Assembly (NCBI GenBank): GCA_963674595.2
Contig: CAXXFV010000023.1
Location: 704,001 to 768,000, forward strand
Source: a bacterium
Lineage (GTDB): Bacteria; Zhuqueibacterota; Zhuqueibacteria; Residuimicrobiales; Krinioviventaceae
Direction: 5' to 3'
Length of the DNA: 64,000 nucleotides
Shown here: positions 42,146 to 51,736 of the stretch, piece after piece
How positions within the stretch are numbered: the first letter of the stretch is position 1
Layout of the letters: each line of letters starts with the position of its first letter
Notes under the pieces: model-generated
The model's database searches: none
Told to the model about the DNA's origin: nothing
What the model saw: the letters and a program-made list of their open reading frames with translations, nothing else
Made by a program: the position numbers and the translations under genes

Positions 42146-42724
42146 ATGACTTCTTCGAAACCTGAAAAAGGCTTTGCCTGTTTCCGCCTTACAGTCCTGG
42201 GACCAGTAGCAGTAAAATGGGGCTCTTTTGACAATTTTCCGATGGTTACAAGGATACTGCTTACTGATCCTGACAAGGAGAGAAGCATGTCCCAGGAAAA
42301 CCCTTTTCCCAGTCTTCCCCGGTCCTCCTGCAGGGAGATGGAAGAGTTACTAAACCAGATCGAAGCATTCACAAGTGGAGATAAAATTAATTTTCCAACC
42401 GATATCCTGCGGCTGAGCGACTGCTCCGGATTCCAGCAAAAAGTTCTGCAGGCCGAATCAGCCATTCCCAGGGGCATGGTCAGCTCTTACGGACACATCT
42501 CAGCTCACCTGGGAATACCAGGCGGGGCCAGGGCCGTTGGCACAGCCCTGGCAACTAATCCCTTTCCACTTGTGATCCCCTGTCACCGGGCAATTCGCTC
42601 CGACGGCTCCCTGGGAGGATTCCAGGGAGGACTCCCTATGAAACAGTTTCTGCTGGAAAAAGAAGGGATAGCCTTCAACCAAAAAAATCAGGTGGTAAAT
42701 CCTGACTTCTATGACTGGGAATGA
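42146..42724 (+). CDS. ogt: Methylated-DNA-protein-cysteine methyltransferase
   Basis: ARAVG...NPFPLVIPCHRAIRSDGSLGGF. Confidence 0.88.
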   Translation: MTSSKPEKGFACFRLTVLGPVAVKWGSFDNFPMVTRILLTDPDKERSMSQENPFPSLPRSSCREMEELLNQIEAFTSGDKINFPTDILRLSDCSGFQQKVLQAESAIPRGMVSSYGHISAHLGIPGGARAVGTALATNPFPLVIPCHRAIRSDGSLGGFQGGLPMKQFLLEKEGIAFNQKNQVVNPDFYDWE

Positions 42725-42812
42725 AAAGCATTAAGCAGACTGAATAATGAGATATCCGCACCCAGGCCGGCGCCTCCGCCACCTCGCTGCTTAACCGAGA
42801 GAAAAATATGGA

Positions 42813-43169
42813 TTAGTCCTTTGGCGGCTTGTTGTAGCCCCTGTCACCGAAGGGAGATAATTTCTCCAGCCACAACTCTTCCAGGACACGCAAATCTTCA
42901 GCGGGGTTATAGGCTGGATTATCTTCCGGTTTAAGAACCTCAAGTTCCTTGAATTCAAACATCTCGGGACCATACTCCCGCCATTCCTTCAGGAGGACCG
43001 AATTACGATGACTGCCCAGCTTCAGCTCGGCCTTATGCCGATTCAGAATTGCCGGCATATTGACACTGGAGCCTATAAAAACTTTTCCATTTGCCTTGTT
43101 TTTAATCTGGAAAACACCCATGGTACGGGGAGTATTTTTATATTCTCTTATTTTTTCTTTTCTATCCAT
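42813..43169 (-). CDS. Small GIY-YIG family protein
   Basis: MGVFQIKNKANGKVFIGSS...RH...LGSHRN...FEFKELE...LEELWLEKL...GYN. Confidence 0.8.
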   Translation of the reverse strand: MDRKEKIREYKNTPRTMGVFQIKNKANGKVFIGSSVNMPAILNRHKAELKLGSHRNSVLLKEWREYGPEMFEFKELEVLKPEDNPAYNPAEDLRVLEELWLEKLSPFGDRGYNKPPKD

Positions 43170-43393
43170 TTTTATTTCCAGTCCCTGCCCTTGCAAAAGT
43201 ACGACAGGCCGGTTCTTTGCCATTTACAATCACAGTAATCCTTTGAACTCCGGCACAATAGTTCCTGGCTGAAGTGCTTTGAAAAGAGTGCCGCTTTTTG
43301 ACTGCTTTTATCTGGCCGGGATGTTCCATTTTGGAAATTTCAAACAGCTTCCTGGCCTGTTTCCTGCTATTTTTTATTAGATCCACGACATAT

Positions 43394-44131
43394 TCAATCC
43401 GCGATTTCCCCAGCCTTTTCTCCCGGCTTGGAAAAGACAACCCAAACCCCGTAGTTAACCTGTTCCTGATCTATCCGGGGCCTGATTATTTCATAATCGC
43501 TAATTCCCAGATTCTTCATGATCCCTGTCAGTTCAACTGAAGTATCAGCAGGGCTGTACCTGGGACCCCCTCCCTGTTTTTCCCTTACCTGCTTTGCGAT
43601 CTCAAGCGGCATATTTCCGGAAAACCCTCGGCCGACAAAGGCATGCCCGCCAGGTTTTAACACCCGGAAGATCTCGGCAAAAACCTGTTCTCTGTTTTTC
43701 CAGAACTGCAAAGACCCGCGGGAAACTATCACATCGGCATAATTATCCCTGAATGGCAGGTAGTGAGCATCCGCGAACAGAAATCCGATCCGGTCGGCGC
43801 ACTGCTTTTCACGGGCTCCCTGAAACAAAAACCCGGAAAAGCAGGTATTGATATCAGTGTTGATCCAGAAGAAGGAGGAAGTCCGTTTACATAATTCCAG
43901 GGCCAGATCTCCAGGCCCGCCGCCAATATCGATTCCTATTCCCTGCTTGTCCTGGATTCCGAATCGATCAACTATGTCCTGGGCCAGGTATGGATAGGCC
44001 GGGGCGAGAACCGTTTTTGCGGTCAGGTTAAACTGCGAAGTCTCTTCTTCTGTGAACTGCCGGTATGATGGAGATTCCTGAATATCCTGTGCCCAGATCA
44101 GCGCGCCGGGCAAGACCAGAAAAAAAAACAA
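43394..44131 (-). CDS. Class I SAM-dependent methyltransferase with signal peptide (5' end probably frameshifted)
   Basis: IDIGGGPG, IVSRGS, RVLKPGG. A T9 run separates it from an upstream TTG start at 44159. Confidence 0.8.
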   Translation of the reverse strand: MFFFLVLPGALIWAQDIQESPSYRQFTEEETSQFNLTAKTVLAPAYPYLAQDIVDRFGIQDKQGIGIDIGGGPGDLALELCKRTSSFFWINTDINTCFSGFLFQGAREKQCADRIGFLFADAHYLPFRDNYADVIVSRGSLQFWKNREQVFAEIFRVLKPGGHAFVGRGFSGNMPLEIAKQVREKQGGGPRYSPADTSVELTGIMKNLGISDYEIIRPRIDQEQVNYGVWVVFSKPGEKAGEIAD

Positions 44132-44300
44132 TACAAACTATCAGGCTGGCGGTCTTCAAAATGCGTCTATCCTTTTCTTTTTAAAACTACCTCCTGAAAC
44201 CTTCCGAACCTGGAAGCCCAGAGATACTTATTGCCGATCAGAGGATCTATTATGCGCTGTATAGGCAGCAATTGCATCTTTAAAAACATGGACAGCTGAA

Positions 44301-44316
44301 CGCAGGAAAAGTGCCA
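44301..44316 (-). promoter_or_regulatory. Sigma54 (-24/-12) promoter candidate
   Basis: Minus strand TGGCACTTTTCCTGCG (GG-N10-GC) upstream of the methyltransferase. Confidence 0.5.
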
Positions 44317-44474
44317 TTCCGGTTATTGGTAACAGAATCTAGGGATTACGCTACAGCCAGAATAACAACTTTAATCGTCAGGTAAGGTCCTGAAATAAAG
44401 TTGTCTCTGTTAGTGTATTTGGTGTTCATTTTCTCTAAACAGGATGATTCTCTCTTTTGGGGGAGGGGGGAGAA

Positions 44475-44529
44475 AATCACACGGGCACCTGCCGCCCGTG
44501 ATTGTTCATAAGCTGGAAGCTTATGCCAC
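44475..44529. repeat. REP-like double hairpin
   Basis: AATCAC-ACGGGC...GCCCGT-GATT plus CATAAGCTGGAAGCTTATGCCAC (minus strand GTGGCATAAGCTTCCAGCTTATG). Confidence 0.55.
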
Positions 44530-44714
44530 GAGACAAGGTCAATCTTCAATCAATAATTCTTTTCCTCTTCTTTCCCGGGAACTAATAGGGTAAATTTATT
44601 AATGTATTTATTTTGCAAACAACCCGGCCCAAGCAGGCTGGACATGGGCGACTCATCGGGTCACCCTTTATCCAGGCTGAAGTGCCGTTTTACGACAAAT
44701 AAGGAGAGTTACTT

Positions 44715-45548
44715 ATGTCAGAGAATCTGAATCGTCGAGACTTCCTGGTCAAATCCGCGGCCGCGGCTGGAGTAACGGGGCTGGTCGCCGCGGGCAGTGT
44801 CGGCGAGTCCATGTCTGCTCCCTCGGCTGCTTTGACCCAGGGATCGGCATCCTCTACCCAAAAAAAGACACTCCTGGCCATCGGCGCTCACTATGATGAC
44901 TGCCCTTTCGGTATTCCCGGAATCCTGCTGGATGCCGTAGAAAAAAACTACCGGGTGGTCATTCTCAATATCATCGGCGATTACTCCAACTGGCCTCCGG
45001 TCAGTGACCGAGTGGAAGAGCTGCGCGCCAACAGCATCCGCCTGGCCGCGGAGCGGGGAATGGAGATGCGGTTCCTCAACTACGCTTCAATGGGGTACGA
45101 GGTGAATGATAAAACCAAAAGGGAAATGGCCGAAGTTGTGGCCGAAGTCCAGCCTGAGCTGGCCTTCATGCTCTGGCGGCGCGACCGGCATCCCGATCAC
45201 GAGGTTGCCTCCCTGTTGAGCGAGGCCGCCTTACGCCAACCCGGCGCGATTCTCGGACGTTCCGGCATAAAAATTCCCCGGCGAATTTATTATTATGACA
45301 ACGGCCCGGGGCACACGGTTGATTTTGAACCGGATACCTATGTGGATGTTTCCGCTCACTGGCCCGCGGCTATGGAATGGCTGGGCCGGAACATGGCTTT
45401 TGTAAGAAAGCTGGCCTATGACCCCAAGGCGCCGGACGGATCCCAGACGGTCAAGGAGAAGCTGGCCCAATACCGGGGTATGGCCTGCGGGGTCGAATAC
45501 GCTGAAGCCCTGATGGCCTATAAAGACTATCCGGTTGAGATACTATGA
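44715..45548 (+). CDS. Tat-exported PIG-L family deacetylase
   Basis: NRRDFL twin-arginine signal; GAHYDD and HPDH metal motifs. Confidence 0.82.
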   Translation: MSENLNRRDFLVKSAAAAGVTGLVAAGSVGESMSAPSAALTQGSASSTQKKTLLAIGAHYDDCPFGIPGILLDAVEKNYRVVILNIIGDYSNWPPVSDRVEELRANSIRLAAERGMEMRFLNYASMGYEVNDKTKREMAEVVAEVQPELAFMLWRRDRHPDHEVASLLSEAALRQPGAILGRSGIKIPRRIYYYDNGPGHTVDFEPDTYVDVSAHWPAAMEWLGRNMAFVRKLAYDPKAPDGSQTVKEKLAQYRGMACGVEYAEALMAYKDYPVEIL

Positions 45549-45658
45549 AGTCTCAGCTTGCCGCTGATGGCTGATTATGGGCAATTATCTGACAGGGGGA
45601 TACCTGTCCGCGATTTTAAGGATTAGAACGAATCAATATAATTCTAAAGGAACAGTCA

Positions 45659-46771
45659 ATGAAAAAATTAGCTGCCGTATGCATGGCTTTGACATTTTTA
45701 ATAAGCATCAGCCTTTACGCCCAGCCGGATTCCCAGCCAGTGAAAATCGGAATCGTCGGCCTGTCTCATTCGCATGTGCACCAGATCCTGCGGAGACCCG
45801 CGCAGGGTGACATTGAAATAGTCGGCATCGCCGAATCGAACCGGGACCTGGCCCGGCGCTATGCCCAGCAGTATGGATACTCAATGGATATCGTCTATGA
45901 CACCATTGAAGAAATGCTGAACGCATCCCATCCGACTGCCGTGACAGCATTTAACCCGATTGACGAGCACATCCTGGCGGTGCAGGCCTGCGCTCCCCGG
46001 GGAATCCACGTCATGGTGGAAAAACCACTGGCTGCCAATCTCAGGCAGGCACGGGAAATGGAAAAACTTGCCAGAAAATTCGGCATCCACCTGGTTACAA
46101 ATTACGAAACCACCTGGTATGCCTCCAATCACCGGTGTTACGAGATGGTAAATGAGGAGTCAGCGATTGGAGAGATTCAAAAAATTGTAGTCCATGACGG
46201 ACACCAGGGGCCAAAAGAGATCGGCGTCAACGACGAATTTTTCGAATGGCTGACCGACCCGGTTAAAAACGGAGGAGGCGCTGTGATTGATTTCGGGTGC
46301 TATGGCGCCAACCTCATCACCTGGCTGATGAAGGGGGAAAAGCCTCTTGCCGTTTCCGCCATACTTCAGACTAATAAACCTGATGTCTATCCCAGGGTAG
46401 ATGACGAAGCGACGATCCTACTTAAATATCCAAAAGCGCAGGGGATCATACAGGGCTCCTGGAACTGGCCTTTTTCCCGCAAGGACATGCAGGTCTACGG
46501 CCGAACCGGTTATGTCTTCGCGGATGACGGCAGCAAAATGAGAATCCGGCTCGAAGGTGAAAAAGAGGAACATACAGCAGTCCTGGAAAAGAGGCCGGAG
46601 CCGCTGGGTGATCCGTTTGCATATTTTGCGGCAGTCATCAATGGCGAAGTAAAGCTTCAGCCATTCGATCTTTCCAGCCTTGAAAATAACATGATAGTCA
46701 TGCAGATACTGGATGCGGCAATCCGCAGCAATGCCGAGGGAAAGACGGTCAAACTGGCGATTGAGGATTAG
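45659..46771 (+). CDS. Secreted Gfo/Idh/MocA oxidoreductase
   Basis: Signal peptide; GLSHSH, HVMVEKPLA, NGGGAVIDFGCYG. Confidence 0.85.
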   Translation: MKKLAAVCMALTFLISISLYAQPDSQPVKIGIVGLSHSHVHQILRRPAQGDIEIVGIAESNRDLARRYAQQYGYSMDIVYDTIEEMLNASHPTAVTAFNPIDEHILAVQACAPRGIHVMVEKPLAANLRQAREMEKLARKFGIHLVTNYETTWYASNHRCYEMVNEESAIGEIQKIVVHDGHQGPKEIGVNDEFFEWLTDPVKNGGGAVIDFGCYGANLITWLMKGEKPLAVSAILQTNKPDVYPRVDDEATILLKYPKAQGIIQGSWNWPFSRKDMQVYGRTGYVFADDGSKMRIRLEGEKEEHTAVLEKRPEPLGDPFAYFAAVINGEVKLQPFDLSSLENNMIVMQILDAAIRSNAEGKTVKLAIED

Positions 46772-46779
46772 CCCGCAGT

Positions 46780-48081
46780 TTACTCCTCAAAGCGCAGGAA
46801 AAAAGGCTCTCCAATAACGTGATCAGATAATTTCAAGCGTTCCAGTGACGCCTCGACGGTGCCAAACAATTCCGGTTCAACAGTTACAATATCGGGAATG
46901 ACGGGAACTCCGTCAATATCTGCTTTAAACCTCCATCTCTGCACGGAATCCTTGATATTCATCCCGGCATCAGCCAGAATTTTGGAGGCATCGGCAAAAC
47001 TGCCCGGGACATGGGTCAGCCCCATGCGAATATAACCCTGTCTCTTCAGGGTTCTGACATCAGCAATGTCAATTTCATTATCCAGGGTTGGAAGAGGATC
47101 ACTCACGCCCCTGCGGAGATTGTCTGCGATATGGAAGATATCTGAAACAACGGCACTGGCAGTCGGTTTCATCCCGGCGCCTTTCCCCAGGAGGAGCTGC
47201 GGACCGCAGTAGTCACCCTCCATGTATACGGCATTGAGTTCATCCCTGACGGAAGCCAGGGGATGGTCCTTCCTGATCAGGGCCGGGTAAACAAAGAGTT
47301 CCAGGGCCTGCCCGTTGTGCCTGACGGAAGCCAGGGATTTAACGGTATATCCCGGTTCCCCTTCCTCAACCCTGTACTTGACCGCGAAATCAAGGTCAGT
47401 GTCGGTTACGCTGGTTATGCCCTCGCAATAAATCTTCTCAGGATTGATATGGGTGTTGTATACCAGTGAGGAGATTATTGACAGCTTATCCCGCGAATCA
47501 AATCCGCCGGTATCCAGGATATGGTTGGATTCGGCGAATCCTTTTTCCTGGGCCAGGGTCAGGGCATCCTCAAAACTCATCCCCCCCTCCATGCAGGTGA
47601 GCATGAAATTACAGGTTCCGTTCAGAATTCCGGTGATCTTGTTAAAGGGCTGATTTTTATATCCGCGTAATACCCGCAGGATAGGGATGGATCCGGCAAC
47701 CGCTGCTTCGAATTTCAGGTCTGACCCGCTGGCACGGGCGGCGTCAAAAAAACGGGGCATGTGGTGAGACACTGCCAGCTTATTGGCGGTAACTACTGAT
47801 TTCCCTTTTTCCAGGGCAGCAACGATAAAATCACTGGCCGGCCTGTCTCCGCCGATAAGTTCAACAACTATATCTATTTCGGGATCATTGATGACTTCTC
47901 CAGCATCCGCGACCAGGTTATCGAACTTAACAGCCCTGGGCCTGGAATGATCCTGGTCAGCGACCTTTTTGAGGCATACACCGCATTTATCCGGCCCGGC
48001 ATAATTCTCCTGGAAATAACTGACTACGCCACTCCCGACGGTGCCGAAGCCTATGATCCCTACATTAACTATTTCTTTCAT
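46780..48081 (-). CDS. hom: Homoserine dehydrogenase
   Basis: GFGTVGSG, VVELIGG, VTANK, FEAAVAGSIP, GILNGTCN, GKGAG. Start at ATG 48081. Confidence 0.9.
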   Translation of the reverse strand: MKEIVNVGIIGFGTVGSGVVSYFQENYAGPDKCGVCLKKVADQDHSRPRAVKFDNLVADAGEVINDPEIDIVVELIGGDRPASDFIVAALEKGKSVVTANKLAVSHHMPRFFDAARASGSDLKFEAAVAGSIPILRVLRGYKNQPFNKITGILNGTCNFMLTCMEGGMSFEDALTLAQEKGFAESNHILDTGGFDSRDKLSIISSLVYNTHINPEKIYCEGITSVTDTDLDFAVKYRVEEGEPGYTVKSLASVRHNGQALELFVYPALIRKDHPLASVRDELNAVYMEGDYCGPQLLLGKGAGMKPTASAVVSDIFHIADNLRRGVSDPLPTLDNEIDIADVRTLKRQGYIRMGLTHVPGSFADASKILADAGMNIKDSVQRWRFKADIDGVPVIPDIVTVEPELFGTVEASLERLKLSDHVIGEPFFLRFEE

Positions 48082-48240
48082 AATCCCGATCCTTTCACCC
48101 AGCAGCCGGTACCGGCAATCCGGGCGGCCCAATCGGTCAATGCTACAAAAAAATCAAGAGAAAGAGCAAGACCCAGAAGCAGTTACTTCTTGGATTTACA
48201 CCTTTCCCCGGTTAATGGAAGCCGTCCCGTGTTGAAAGAG

Positions 48241-48912
48241 CTAAAAAGAAAACTTCAGCTTACTCCCCAGGACATGGGCATCCTGCCATTCCAGTGACCC
48301 ATTTTTTTTCTGCCAGATATAATATGTATCCAGGGTAATATACTTGCCAAGATAAAAGGAGTTCCCGCCCGAAACACGGTTCCAGACCAGGTGATCGTTG
48401 GAGTTGATAGTTGAGAGGTACTCCTCTGATAGATACGGCTTGATCCTGAGTGAGCCCAGGTGCATATAGGTCGAAACCTTCAGCCTCTGTTTCAGCCGGA
48501 TCTCGGCCGGATTTTCCCCTGAAATATTCCAGAACTCAAAAAGATTCCTGAAATCAACTTCATACCGTGAAGGATGCCACTTGAGGGACATGCCCACTCC
48601 CGGTACATAATAGCGGTGCCATCCGCTGGGGCCCAGGAGGTCCAATCCCTTCAGGCTTCCCCTGAGACTGATCCGTTCCGATACTTCATATTCTCCCCCT
48701 GCTTCAATCTTCCTGAAATAATCGGACTCTAAAAATCCTCTCTGTTTTAGCAGCCCGCTTATGAAAATTTCTCTTCCGGAACCCAAGTCTTTTTCAGCAT
48801 CAAGTCCCAGGTTAGTTTCAATTTCAGAGTCTCCAGCCTGCATGACTCCCTGCAGGAGAAAACAGATCAGAAGAAAAAATGGCAATAATCTATACATATT
48901 CCTTATAACCAT
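48241..48912 (-). CDS. Outer-membrane beta-barrel protein (DUF2490-like)
   Basis: Signal peptide, alternating beta strands, terminal Phe (KLKFSF). Confidence 0.6.
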   Translation of the reverse strand: MVIRNMYRLLPFFLLICFLLQGVMQAGDSEIETNLGLDAEKDLGSGREIFISGLLKQRGFLESDYFRKIEAGGEYEVSERISLRGSLKGLDLLGPSGWHRYYVPGVGMSLKWHPSRYEVDFRNLFEFWNISGENPAEIRLKQRLKVSTYMHLGSLRIKPYLSEEYLSTINSNDHLVWNRVSGGNSFYLGKYITLDTYYIWQKKNGSLEWQDAHVLGSKLKFSF

Positions 48913-49082
48913 TCAGCACCTGAAACAATTAAATTCTTTACGAAAAAAACAATCCATCCAAAGAAGCCGTTTCCCGGACCCAGCTATCCGGATAAAAAAG
49001 TTATCTGTGGAAATCTTTCTGCTGTAACGATTGAATCAAGATAAGTAAAACCAGCCTGTAATAGAATTAAAGGCAAGTTAAC

Positions 49083-51326
49083 TTATCTTTTAAAACCGCA
49101 TTCTTTATTAGGACAAAATTGTACAGTCCCATCTTTCCTCGTCGTTTTCTCTACCAGGTATGGAGAACCGCATTCAGGACAGGCTTCGGGTACCGGCTTT
49201 TGCCAGGACACAAAATCACAGGCCGGGTACTGGTCGCAGCCGTAAAACATCCGCCCTTTCCTGGTTCGTTTCTCGACAACCTCACCTTTGCCGCACTTGG
49301 GGCAGCTTACACCCACCGGTACAGAAATCGGCTTGGTATTCTTGCAGGTAGGATAAGATGAACAGGCCAGGAAAGCTCCATAGCGCCCCTCTTTAACTAC
49401 CATTTTCGAATTACATTTATCGCAGATCTCGTCGGTTTCCTTTGCAGTTACCGGCGCACCCGGCTGATCCTCTCCATTGATAGGCCTGGTATTGCGGCAT
49501 TTAGGAAAATCAGAGCAGGATAAAAACTTTCCGAATCTTCCCCACTTTATTATCATGGGCTTCCCGCACTCTTCACAGATTTCGTCGGTTTCTTCTCCGT
49601 TTTTACGGAGATCCTTCATTTCAACCGCGGCTTTTTGCAGGCTTTCACGGAATCCGCTATAGAAAGACTCTAATGTCTTGATCCAGTCCGCTGATCCTTC
49701 TTCAATTGAATCCAGGTCTCTTTCGAGCCTGGCCGTGTAGTCATAATCAAAAAGTTCACCAAAGTGTCCTATAAGCAGATCATTTATGAGCTCTCCCAGT
49801 TCAGTAGGGAGGAACCTGGCGCTATCCTTGCGCACATAATCCCGGCTCATAATTACCTGCAGGATCTGCTGGTAGGTAGAGGGTCTTCCTATACCCTTCT
49901 CTTCCAGTGCCTTGACCAGGGAAGCTTCATTGTACCTGGAGGGAGGCTGTGTGAATTTCTGCTCCTTGGTCAGCTCTTCAGTCTTGAGCACTTCTCCTTT
50001 TGAAACATCAGGAAGAACCACCCCGGTATCATCAGAATTATCATCACTGCCTTCAACGGATTCTGAATAAACCTTAAGGAAACCGTCAAATCTCATGATC
50101 GAACCGGTAGCTGTAAACTCCGCCCTGCCGGCTTCTACAATAATCTGGGTCTGATCAAACAGTGCCTCCACCATCTGGGAAGCAATAAATCTCTTCCATA
50201 TAAGGCCGTAGAGCTTAAATTCATCCCGGCTCAGGTAAACCTTCATGCTGTCAGGATCACGCCAGGCTGAAGTGGGCCTGATAGCTTCGTGGGCATCCTG
50301 GGCATTTTTCTTTGATTTATAAATATTTGGCTTGCCGGGAAGGTAATTTTCCCCGAATCTTTCAGAAATGTATCCCCTGGCTTCCTGGAGCGCGGAATCA
50401 GAAACCCTGGTCGAGTCGGTCCTCATGTAGGTGATCAATCCAACTGAACCCTCTTCGCCTATTTCGACACCTTCATAGAGACGCTGGGCCAGGCTCATGG
50501 TTTTTTTGACAGTGAATCCCAGCTTCCGGGCGGCATCCTGCTGCAACTTGCTGGTAATGAATGATGGGACCGGTTTGCGCTTTCGCGCTTTTTTGCTTAC
50601 TTTCGCAACAGTAAACTGTGATTCCCTGAGTTCATCATAGAGTTTCCCGGCATCTTCCTGGTTAGTAATGGAAAATTTCTTTCCATCCAGCTTAGAAGCT
50701 TTAGCCAGAAAAGATGGAGGTGTGCCGGCCTTAAGCAAAGCCTTGAATTCCCAGTACTCTTCAGAATTAAAAGCCCTAATTTCCCGTTCCCGGTCCACAA
50801 TCAGCCTTACCGCGACAGTCTGCACCCTTCCGGCAGAAAGTCCGACCCGCACCTTTTTCCAAAGGAGAGGGCTGATCTTATAGCCTACGAGGCGGTCCAG
50901 TATCCTGCGGGCCTGCTGGGCGTCAACCTTGTTCCGGTCGATTTCTGTCGGATGCTCGAACGCTTTCAATACTGCTTCTTTAGTAATTTCATTAAAAAGC
51001 ACCCTGTGTATAGTTTGCTCGTCATTACCTCCAAGAAGATGGGCAAGGTGAAAACAAATAGCCTCTCCCTCTCGGTCAGGGTCAGCTGCAAGGTAGATTA
51101 CTTCGGCTTTCGCGGCTTCTTTCTGTAGTTCTTTGACAACCTTTTCCTTACCGTGAATCACCCTGTATGAGGGTTTGAAGCCATTCTTTATATCAACTCC
51201 GAGCGCTTTGGGGGGGAGATCCCTTATATGCCCGGCCGAAGCACGCACGGCATATCCTTTGCCCAGATATTTGCCGATAGTCCTGGCTTTGGCTGGAGAT
51301 TCCACAACTACAATAGATTTTGCCAT
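49083..51326 (-). CDS. topA: DNA topoisomerase I
   Basis: VVVESPAKA, DPDREGE, SAGRVQ, ITYMRTDS, AHEAIRPT, C-terminal zinc ribbons. Confidence 0.97.
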   Translation of the reverse strand: MAKSIVVVESPAKARTIGKYLGKGYAVRASAGHIRDLPPKALGVDIKNGFKPSYRVIHGKEKVVKELQKEAAKAEVIYLAADPDREGEAICFHLAHLLGGNDEQTIHRVLFNEITKEAVLKAFEHPTEIDRNKVDAQQARRILDRLVGYKISPLLWKKVRVGLSAGRVQTVAVRLIVDREREIRAFNSEEYWEFKALLKAGTPPSFLAKASKLDGKKFSITNQEDAGKLYDELRESQFTVAKVSKKARKRKPVPSFITSKLQQDAARKLGFTVKKTMSLAQRLYEGVEIGEEGSVGLITYMRTDSTRVSDSALQEARGYISERFGENYLPGKPNIYKSKKNAQDAHEAIRPTSAWRDPDSMKVYLSRDEFKLYGLIWKRFIASQMVEALFDQTQIIVEAGRAEFTATGSIMRFDGFLKVYSESVEGSDDNSDDTGVVLPDVSKGEVLKTEELTKEQKFTQPPSRYNEASLVKALEEKGIGRPSTYQQILQVIMSRDYVRKDSARFLPTELGELINDLLIGHFGELFDYDYTARLERDLDSIEEGSADWIKTLESFYSGFRESLQKAAVEMKDLRKNGEETDEICEECGKPMIIKWGRFGKFLSCSDFPKCRNTRPINGEDQPGAPVTAKETDEICDKCNSKMVVKEGRYGAFLACSSYPTCKNTKPISVPVGVSCPKCGKGEVVEKRTRKGRMFYGCDQYPACDFVSWQKPVPEACPECGSPYLVEKTTRKDGTVQFCPNKECGFKR

Positions 51327-51538
51327 CAGTTAAATACCCTTGTTTCAGTTCTGGCCTGAATTCCATCTCCCGGTTAATCAGAATCTGAAACCCTTTTTAT
51401 TTTCATCTGCTAAGGAAAACGACATTCTACACATTTATCCTGAATAGTAAAATTACTATCAGGTTACTACTAGTTTTTCACAAAGGTTTCACAACAAGCA
51501 AACCCGAACGCTTCCGGGCCTTCGGCCCGGGAAAATAA

Positions 51539-51669
51539 ATTCAAGATTCAATTCAATTCAATCAAGTACAGACCAGGACGAAAGAGGCAATCACCTTAAC
51601 CACCGAGCAGCCTGGGAATGGAAGGTCCATGCAGTCCATGTAGTCCATGCAGTCCACCTCGTCCACAAA
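51539..51669. repeat. Short tandem arrays in the topA-dprA spacer
   Basis: ATTCAAG/ATTCA run at 51539-51566 and five 9-mers GTCCATGCA GTCCATGTA GTCCATGCA GTCCACCTC GTCCACAAA at 51625-51669. Confidence 0.75.
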
Positions 51670-51736
51670 GCGGGAATTGTTCATACATTCCCTGCTGCCT
51701 TCTACCCGCGGCTATTCCCTGTGGAAGCAACACGCC

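Noticed and set aside
42146-43169. ogt plus GIY-YIG protein as a repair or defence module, or a homing endonuclease
   Set aside because: The genes are convergent, the GIY-YIG protein is a small stand-alone type with no intron or mobile context, and nothing links them functionally.
51539-51669. Possible CRISPR array in the topA-dprA spacer and other repeat patches
   Set aside because: Units are 5-9 nt in direct tandem with no 25-40 nt repeats, no unique spacers and no cas genes.
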